NCBI GenBank assembly: GCA_964035545.1
Contig: CAXIUT010000242.1
Coordinates: 1-10,148 of the forward strand
Origin: Bugula neritina
Taxonomy: Eukaryota; Animalia; Bryozoa
Reading direction: 5' to 3'
Length of the DNA: 10,148 bases
Part shown: piece by piece, positions 1 to 8,362 of the stretch
How the letters are laid out: each line of letters begins with the position of its first letter
Position numbering within the stretch: the stretch's first letter is position 1
Translations under genes and position numbers: made by a program
The notes under the pieces: generated by a model
What the model saw: only the letters and a program-made list of their open reading frames with translations
What the model was told of the DNA's origin: nothing
Databases searched by the model: none

Positions 1-99
1 CCCAACCCCCAACCCCAACCCCAACCCCAACCCCAACCCCAACCCCAACCCCAACCCCAACCCCAACCCCAACCCCAACCCCAACCCAACCCCAACCCC
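1..99 (+). repeat. Left telomere, (CCCCAA)n
   Basis: Tandem CCCCAA from base 1 to 99 with one CCCAA variant near 85-89. C-rich strand at the 5' end as expected for a left chromosome end. C4A2 is the Tetrahymena-type ciliate repeat. Confidence 0.98.
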
Positions 100-209
100 T
101 CGAATATATCAAATTATTATTCATTTATTTATTATATTGAATTAGAATAATAAATAATTAATGACTGAATTATTTGATTTGACTTTATAATTACTAATTT
201 AATTTGTAA

Positions 210-836
210 ATGAGTGAAGCAGTTAGATCAAAGAGGATGACTTTTCAAGGAGTTATTAATGCAGAAAAAGAAAAGCTTCCAGAAAAGACAAGTAGATCTA
301 AGTCGAAAAGCCGAACAAAGGCTACTTCAATCAGCAAAAGTGCAAGTGGAAGTTATCAAACAAATCGTTCTTGGAAAAAGGTTTAAGGCAGAGAAACAGT
401 TTACAATGAAAAATCAGAATCTTAGAATACAAGTAAAGCAACATAGTAGAATATTTTTAGATAAAAAAAGAAAAGAGTGGAACAATAGATGATGAAAAAA
501 ATCATAAAACTCAAAAATAATGCAACTAAATTAGATCAAAACCTCAAATAACAACTTTCTTCTCTAAACCAATCTCAATCATCAAAAAGCATCATGAATT
601 AGACATAATAAAAACTTGAGTAAATAGAAACTTTTTTGGAATAGTTCGATGTTCAGCTGAGAAGACAAGCCAAAAACATTGGAGATACTTATCTTCTAAA
701 AATGTAGTAAGAAGATAAACTTTCTGATAAATAAGTAACAAAAATTCCTGAGTACAAATTTCTATCAGCTCCTAAAACTTCTCTATAAATGCCATCATTT
801 GAAGCCAGATTACGAGAATTAGAAAGAAGATGGTGA
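210..836 (+). CDS. Hypothetical protein, 208 aa (TAA/TAG=Glu); basic Ser/Lys-rich N-terminus and probable coiled coil
   Basis: ATG at 210 after an AT-rich leader, open to TGA at 834-836 when TAR is read through: MSEAVRSKRMTFQGVINAEKEK...SFEARLRELERRW*. No family recognised. Confidence 0.75.
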
Positions 837-882
837 AATGATTAAATGATGATATTTTGAGTGAAAAACAAATAATAAAATA

Positions 883-2214
883 TCAGTTAGAAAAATTGCT
901 AAAAGTTTGATTAATATTCTTCATTGATGAAGAACATAGTAGTTCATTTAATTTTTGATATTGAGTTTTGAGGCGAGTAGTTGTAGATTGCTATGTTCTT
1001 AGTTGATCTTGAATGGATGATATTTCCCAATCTAATTTTTAGTTTAAATCTAAATTTGATCCTTCTCTTGCTTTTTTAAATTCTTATAGCATTGTATATT
1101 CTTGAATGGTTTTTTTGTTTTTAAATTATTAAGCGTCTCTTTAATATTTATAAGCCATTTATTCTTTTCTTTGGAGTTAATTATATAAATTATTATTCGC
1201 TTCTTACATTTATCTTTATATTCTTTCCAGATCAGTGACTCTTTGTTTGATAGATTCTTTCTATTTGAGAAGTTCTTGCTTTCTAAATCTAAGATTCTAA
1301 ATTATATATTTCTTTGAATTTAAAGATTAATTTATTTATTAGCTTATTTGTTATCTTTATTGTCTCAATTGATTTATTCTAGATTAAATCTATTCTGATT
1401 AAAAAATAAAATCTTGGTATTTTTCTTATCTGATTTAATCTTCTAAGATAATTAAATCTAATCGTTAATTTTTAACTTTAAGTATACTAAGTTCTTTTCT
1501 TTTGTCATTAAGTTAATTTTCTAGATTGAATAATATTTTTTATTTTTGTTTATATTAATTTTACCAAAATTTTTGTTAATCTTCTTCTTATTTATGCAGC
1601 TATGTTTATTTATTTCTTATTTGATTGATTAATTTATTTTTAGTGATTACCATTTCTTGATGTTTCCTATCAATTGATTCGTAATTATTCAATTTATTTA
1701 CTGGTATTCCTATTTACATCAATTTATCATGTAGTTAATCATTTTTGCTCTTCAAACTATCAAATTAGGCAATTAAACGTTCTTTTTTCTCTTTATTTTT
1801 ATACAAAATATTTCCTTTAGAAGCAATCTATCTCTAATAACTCAACCTCATTTGCTACCTTCTTCGATGTTCTTCTTATATTTATACTTAATTCCGGTTG
1901 ATTATTTAGCGCTATCTTTATTAATAACTTTTTTTAGTTGCATTATAATGTCTAGGACTCATATGTTCAACTCCATATCTAGTATTATGTTGAATTCTTT
2001 GTTCGTATGAGGGTGGCTGAAGTCCTTGTCTTGAAAGATAAGGTGATTTATTTCTCTATATTCCTTTGAATTATGGTGAAGGGATAGTAGATCCGATTGG
2101 ATAGAGAGGACTACGTTCTCTTTAAACAATTCCATAATTGGAAGTAGCTGTTGGATAATTTTTAAAAGTATTTTGGAAGGTTCCTAATGAAGTTTAATAA
2201 GTTTTTCTATTCAT
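883..2214 (-). CDS. Hypothetical coiled-coil protein, 443 aa
   Basis: ATG at 2214 (MNRKTYETSLGTFQ...), no in-frame TGA until 885-883. Ser/Pro/Tyr-rich N-terminus followed by long E/K/R/Q-rich helical sequence, with many in-frame TAA/TAG codons. Confidence 0.85.
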
Positions 2215-2235
2215 GATAATTATTTTAAATGACAA

Positions 2236-5108
2236 TCACACAATTTATAATTTCATCAGCTTATGAAAACCTTTCAATTCTACTTTTACTAGCACCTAAA
2301 CATACTGGAATAAATTAAATAGCTTTCCATTGATGCTTACTTAGCTAAAAATACCTCGACCTTCATTTATTTTCTTAGTTTTTTATAAATCTTCACCAGA
2401 TAGTGTTATTTTGCTTTAGAGTCCATATTTGGTTAACATAAGAGTTGCACTTTATGCTTCTATTTGAGTAAAAATAGCTTTTTCAGGTGCAACTTTTCCT
2501 TTAAAAAATTGATAAGTATGATAATCAGAAGATGCTCTTGAAGCATATCTGGCCATTCTATTTCTCATATTCATTTGATCGCATATTTTGGTCATTTTGA
2601 GCTTATTAACTAAATAACACAATAGTTACTCATAAAAGAAGGTAAAGGCTAGAGATCAATAGCAGCAACAAGTAAACGGTGAACAAGTACATCAGCATAT
2701 CTTCTGATTGGAGAAGTGAAGTGAGTATAGAAAGGAGCAGCTAATCCATAGTGATAAAATTATCTTTAGTCGTGATCTGCTGAACAAAAGTAGGTGGCTT
2801 CATTCATGCATCTAGTTGTCATTATTCTAACTAGTTTATTGAAGAATTAATCATCACCTCTGTTGACTAAATCTAAACTATCAGCTAATTCTTTGGATGT
2901 TTCCCATTTTAAATCATAACCCATACTTTGTAGTATCTATTTTAAAATTTGTAGGTCAGAAGTTTTAGGCTGTGTATGTCTACGTAAAATACTTAAAGCA
3001 GGAAATCTTTCATATATTTTTTATGCTACTGCTATATTGGATAACAACATGAACTATTCTATCAGATAGTTTGTCTAAACCATCTGATACAAGCGGACAT
3101 CTGTGGCGCTATGAGTTTATTCTTCAAGAGTGATTTTGACTTGAGTTGAAGCCAAAGTCAATGCTCCTTGTTTATTTCTACGAGCTTTTAGTTGTTGAGC
3201 GATCATATTCAAATTTCTAATTGCTTTAGCTATTGAACCATTATCTTTTGATTACATTAGCTATTGAGCCTGCATATAAGTAAAGGCATTTTTAGATCTT
3301 ATAATTGATTTACAATATCGAGTGTTGATAATGTTAGCCTTTTTATCTATTTCCCAGATAGTTGAAAAAGCTAGTCTATCAACATTGGCTCTTAGTGAGC
3401 ACAAATTTTAAGTGAGCAGTTTAGGTAGCATATCTGTTCTTCTATCGACTAGATATACAGTAGTGCATCTATTTCTAGCTTCAAGATCTAAAGCTGTATC
3501 TGGTCGCACGTAGTAACTTACATCAGCAATATGTACACCAATTTATAAATTGCCATTTTTTAGTTCAATGCAGTGAAGAGCATCATCGATGTCTTTGCAT
3601 CCTGGCGGATCGATACTTACCACATCTGTTCCTCTTAAGTCATAGCGATATTACAGTTCTTTATCAGGAATTTTGAATTATTAACCTGCTGATGGCAGAC
3701 AGGCATAAGCAGCCTGACTGAATTATCTGATTTAAACATCGTGTTAGAGAAGAATGGTGTCAGCTTATGCAGTAGGATCTCCAGTATTTCCAATAGTTCT
3801 AACATAATGGGCAAGAGGATATTAGGCAGTTGATGGCCAATTATCAAGGTTGACGATTATTCTTTTATCTTTTAGTTGATTTACACTATATGTTCTTACT
3901 AAAAATTTACCGAACTTTTAATCTGCTGGCATGAACTCATAAATTTAGTATTAAGGTTAATTTTCATTTAACATGCCGTCTTTTGATCTATATATGACTT
4001 TTTAACAGTTTAAACTTCCACAAAAATTTCTTCTAGAATTTTTAATTATTGAAACAACTTGACCTGTTGGTTGTAAATTTTGATGACTATCAATAAACTA
4101 TATAAGATTTTTAGTTTAGCTTTCTTCTCCAGATTGTCCTTGACCGATTGTATCTTACATTATTTATACTCCTTATTAGTTGATTGTTTTAGGTTAAGTA
4201 GTTCTTTATTTCCAATGTTATATAGAATCGAGTTGAATGGCAACTATATCTCCAAAGATAGCCCTATTATTTCTGAGGTTAAGTTTAACTATTCTATTGG
4301 GTAGTTTAAAGTAACTTTTTTCTGCCATGTACTTTCCTTAAAAGAGTTTACCTTGTTTAATTCCTTGTGAACTTTCAATAGGAGTCAGATGTTAAGGGTA
4401 TATTTTTTTGTTGAAGAAGGCATTTTATCCTGAAAATCCAACAAAATCAAGAAGATTTGAATTTTGTTCTTTCAAAAACTAGACTAAAGAAATAACTTTA
4501 AATTTAATCTTTTCTTTAACAGTTAATATTTCTTAACTAGATGTCAATAAACTAAAACTAAAATATTTAAATCCGATATCATTAGTATGTCTTTGATACC
4601 ATTAGATACATTTTGAAAATAGCTATATTTCAGAATAATCTCCTACATTGAGTCCTTCTTTTATAGACCTGTGATAGTTGTCAGGTAATATGAATATGCT
4701 TCTTTCTTATGAGTTCTAAACTCCTTAAACAAAAGTTTTGAAGGCATTATATTTGGCTATATTAGTGTTTGTTCTTTTTTGAGGACGATCTGTTGTGTTG
4801 GGATTGTAGGCTTTGAGTTTCTATATTGAAGACTGCAAGACAATCATATTTTTAATTTGGCTGCAGTTATAGAGTATATCAGTCTGATGAATAAGAGCAT
4901 GTGTATCGATAAAATAGAACTCTTCTTGAGCTTATAGTTATTGTCGAAATGATTTACAACCAATATGTTCAACGCATAACTAAAATCCACAAGGAATATC
5001 ATCTCGAAGGTGAGTTTGTTTAAGTTTTCGACCAACCCAACCCTTTCTTGTTTTACGAACTTCTATCTCTCTGAGAACTTTGCCCTACCAGTGTTCAACT
5101 TTCTACAT
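2236..5108 (-). CDS. DIS3: Exosome catalytic subunit DIS3/RRP44 (CR3-PIN-CSD-RNB-S1), about 950 aa, one intron
   Basis: ATG at 5108 with an in-frame TGA just upstream. Motifs: [110 protein letters not shown]. Stop TGA at 2238-2236. 2873 nt minus a 20-nt intron gives 951 codons. Confidence 0.96.
2610..2629 (-). other. 20-nt spliceosomal intron in DIS3
   Basis: GTAACTATTGTGTTATTTAG on the minus strand. Removal avoids a TGA and restores ...[31 protein letters not shown]. Confidence 0.9.
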
Positions 5109-5170
5109 TCAATTATAAATATTGAACAGATATGCATTTTAATCTTTTAATCATATTATTTTATTAATTG
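5109..5170. promoter_or_regulatory. 62-bp divergent intergenic region, probable bidirectional promoter and 5' UTRs
   Basis: Very AT-rich gap between head-to-head start codons of DIS3 (5108, minus) and the aminotransferase (5171, plus). Function is inferred from position only. Confidence 0.55.
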
Positions 5171-6508
5171 ATGAAAAATCCTATTGTTGGAGCAAAAAGA
5201 TTAACTGGTTTTGATAAGCCAACTGTCTGGACTATCATGACTCCCCTTGCTATCAAAACTAAATCTATCAACCTTGGACAAGGATTCCCTACCTGGCCTA
5301 CTGTGGACTTCTTCAAAAATATCTGGAAAATGCTTTACAAACAAGTATCATATTTTTTATTAAGGCAATTACCAATATGTTAGATCTTTTGGATCTTTGA
5401 ACTATACAAAGGCAATAGCTTAATTTCACAAAAAAACCTATGGAGAACTTGATCATGAACTCAACATATGTTCTGTAGCTGGAGGAGTTGAAGGTCTTTA
5501 TTGTGCTTTTATGGGACTAGTTGATCCAGGAGATGAGGTTATCCTCTTTGATCCTTCTTATGATTGTTATCGACCTCAAGTCCAAATGGCTGGAGGATCA
5601 TGTGTTGGAATTCCTTTAATTCCCCGAAAAAATGTAGTTTCATTTATATTAAGCAAAAAAAGGAATAAATTCTTAAAAAGATATAAAAAGGTATCACTTC
5701 TGATTAGAATGATGAGTGGGACATCGACTTTGAAAGGTTTGAAAAATCACTAAATGATAAAACAAAAATATTAGTCGTAAACAGTCCTCATAACCCTATT
5801 GGAAAAGTATTTACCAACCAAGAACTTGCTAAGTTGGCAGCTATTCTTCAAAAATATCCTCGAGTCATAGTAGTTGAAGATAATGTCTATGAAGGAGTTA
5901 CTTTTGATGATATGTACTAAAAGCCTTTGCCTAAGTTAGCTTTTCAATAAGGAATGAAGGATAGAACATTAAGTATTTATTCTGCAGGAAAAATATTTGC
6001 CTCAACTGGAATTAGAACTGGATGGATGATTGGATCAGTTCCTCTCATCAAAGCAGCAAGATCAGTTCATCAGTATAACGTCTTTTGCCAGTACAATGTC
6101 ATGGAAAACGCAGTAGCTGCTAGTTTGGAAGAGATTACTAAACCTTAAAACACATATCTTTCTGATTTGGCAACAAAAATGACTAAGGGTCGTGATCTTT
6201 TGATCAAAGAGCTTCTAGCTACACCATTTGATATAGATATTTGGATTCCTAAAGGAGGTTATTTCATTTTAGCTGATATTTCTAGAGTACCTATCCAGGA
6301 GAAATATCTTTTCGATGAATAAGGCAACAAAAGAACCAAAGACTACGCATTCGCTTATCAGTTAACAATGGAAAATGGAGTTGTCTGTATTCCAGTTTCT
6401 CCTTTCTATGATGTCAAGGATGCCAATCTTGGAGAGAAATATGTGAGGTTTGCTTTCTGTAAGGAAGAAGATATGATTACAGAAGCAGGAAAGCGTATGC
6501 GTAAATGA
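5171..6508 (+). CDS. PLP-dependent class I aminotransferase, kynurenine aminotransferase / glutamine transaminase K-like, about 432 aa; two introns and one apparent 1-nt deletion
   Basis: Motifs INLGQGFP, YQYVRSFG, VDPGDEVILFDPSYDCY, NSPHNPIGKVF, EDNVYE, SAGKIFASTGIRTGW (PLP Lys), PKGGYFI, YVRFAFCK. Stop TGA at 6506-6508. Needs introns 5345-5364 and 5634-5653 plus one extra base near the A-run at 5315-5319. Confidence 0.92.
5345..5364 (+). other. 20-nt spliceosomal intron 1 of the aminotransferase
   Basis: GTATCATATTTTTTATTAAG. Joins ...YLENALQT to SNYQYVRSFG, given the upstream 1-nt correction. Confidence 0.8.
5634..5653 (+). other. 20-nt spliceosomal intron 2 of the aminotransferase
   Basis: GTAGTTTCATTTATATTAAG. 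Removal joins GIPLIPRKN in frame to QKKEEIL...DEWDIDFERFEKSLNDKTKILVVNSPHNP. Confidence 0.9.
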
Positions 6509-6566
6509 TCTCATCGCCTTGATTCAACCTTATTAATAATAATAATTTGATATTTATATTGATTGA

Positions 6567-8180
6567 TCACAAGTAGTTCTCAGTGAGGTAGGAGTCAAAA
6601 ATGGGTAGCATTTCTATGGGATCATTCAATCTTTATAGTTAATTTCTAATTTAACTCTATCTCATTCCTTTTACCCACTCTCTAACTAATAAAACTAACT
6701 TTGATTTATCTTCTTCTACATTTCCATTTTAACCTGGTTCAATTATTACTCTTAAACCTTCAACGTATGCGCAATCATTAAAATTACTTCCTATTGTTAT
6801 ACCTTTACGATGAAATTCTATGATTATTTGCACTAGACTGTTGATTAAAAATATTTGTCTTGATAGAGATTAAGAGTCTAAGGTAGATTTAAATTTTTAT
6901 TGTTAAAATTTTCTTAGTAAATATAAATTTTTATGTTTTTCAATGTAATAGAAGTATCTTGGAAGAGATGGAAGTCTAAATTTGATAAAAGTTTGAACAT
7001 TATGTTTTAAAGGTAGTTAGTATCTGACCATAACGAAGTTCAAACCTTAATAGGCGACTAAATCATGTCTTTTTCCTAGTTTTAAAATAATAGCAACTTT
7101 TTATTCATTTCTAATTTTGCCTATATCTTCTCTTAAAGTAAATTTTGGTTTTTAATTTAGAGCTAATTTCAACTATGGAACAAAAACTGAATTGATCTAT
7201 TCATTTGGTCCAATTGCTAAATATTTAAGTCCTTTTCCTCTAACTTCTCTGACTAAATTAGGCAATCCGAACTAGTGATAAATAAGTTATGTAATTTTTT
7301 ATATTTAGAGAACTGAATAGACTATTATTTGGCTTTTATCTTTATCTATATTTGGTATTTTTTATTAACAATATCGATGTTCAATAGTAGACAGCATTTT
7401 ATCAAAATCCATAAAAGATGAAGAATCTTCTTTGAAGGTGATTATTATCAATGACTAATTTTTCTTTTAGCTGATTTCAAGGCAGGATTTTATTTTTTAG
7501 AAAGAAGGATATCTATATAGCCAAATAAAACATTAGTAATTCACTTCTATTGTCCAGGTTTTAGGAGCAGTTGGTTTTTGAATATTGACTTCTCTCTTTT
7601 TAACTAAAGCCATCACATTGTTAGCTATCTATTTCCATCTGTGTTATGGGCGAACTATCAAATAACAGAACCCTCTTTTTTATCTTTAGCATATTTACCA
7701 GTTTTAATAAGGTCGAGCGTAACCAAATCTTTTCAAAGATAGACAACTATTTTTCAATTTTTATGAGTATACCAAATTAATATATGGACAATCTCTTTTA
7801 TCTTTAAGTTTTTCTGTTTGTTATTTGATATCATGGAGGATGTGTTAGTAGAAATCAGATGAAGCTGTGATTTCCATTTTTTATATTTTCGCATTGAAGA
7901 ATCTATCGATTTAATCTTAAGCAGTTCTGAGATAGGACTGAGAAGTTCCTTTCAAGAGCACTCCTTGATCTGAAATGAGGAAGTAGATGTGGTTATCAAG
8001 TTTTTATTTGAGATCTGTGTAAGTGATAAGTACATTTGAAGAGAATGAGATTGGCGATGGCTGCTTCGTACCATTGGAAGTAGAGTTGTTTTTTGTATGG
8101 GTATTTTTCTATTTGTCTTTACATTTATTAATTGTAACAAGTTTGACTTTATTTTATGACTGAAATAATAGCAATGACAT
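6567..8180 (-). CDS. Hypothetical protein, 537 aa (or 512 aa from ATG 8124 with a 19-nt intron at 8015-8033)
   Basis: TGA-free frame from ATG 8180 to TGA 6569-6567 under TAR=Glu, with globular-looking composition. The 5' end is ambiguous and no family is confidently recognised. Confidence 0.8.
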
Positions 8181-8292
8181 TATTATTTATCCTTTCATTT
8201 GAAATGTAAGATCATTTATCAATATATTTGATATTATTAGATATTTTAAAAAATTAGCATATTTATATTAACTTAATTGATATAATTATCAC

Positions 8293-8362
8293 GGGGTTGG
8301 GGTTGGGGTTGGGGTTGGGGTTGGGGTTGGGGTTGGGGTTGGGGTTGGGGTTGGGGTTGGGG
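8293..8362 (+). repeat. Right telomere of the first molecule, now internal: (GGGGTT)11GGGG
   Basis: 70-bp perfect array in G-strand orientation, preceded by an AT-rich non-coding subtelomere. Confidence 0.97.

Noticed and set aside
161-217. Short upstream ORF from ATG 161 ending at TGA 215-217
   Set aside because: Only 18 codons in AT-rich subtelomeric DNA, out of frame with the 210-836 gene, with no supporting evidence.
259-492. ORF-track entries 259-492, 3635-3847, 4080-4304, 4844-5035, 7952-8140 and 9067-9279
   Set aside because: These are off-frame or antisense shadows of longer genes that appear once TAA/TAG are read as Glu.
4332-4351. 20-nt GT...AG candidate intron in DIS3 (GTAAACTCTTTTAAGGAAAG)
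   Set aside because: The frame is continuous without splicing and the segment encodes the conserved GKLFEG. It shows that such 20-mers can arise by chance.
2236-5108. Interpretation as pseudogenes, or as TAR=Gln or TAA=Lys/TAG=Glu codes
   Set aside because: There are no in-frame TGA codons, the RNB catalytic motifs are intact, and both TAA and TAG sit at conserved Glu columns.
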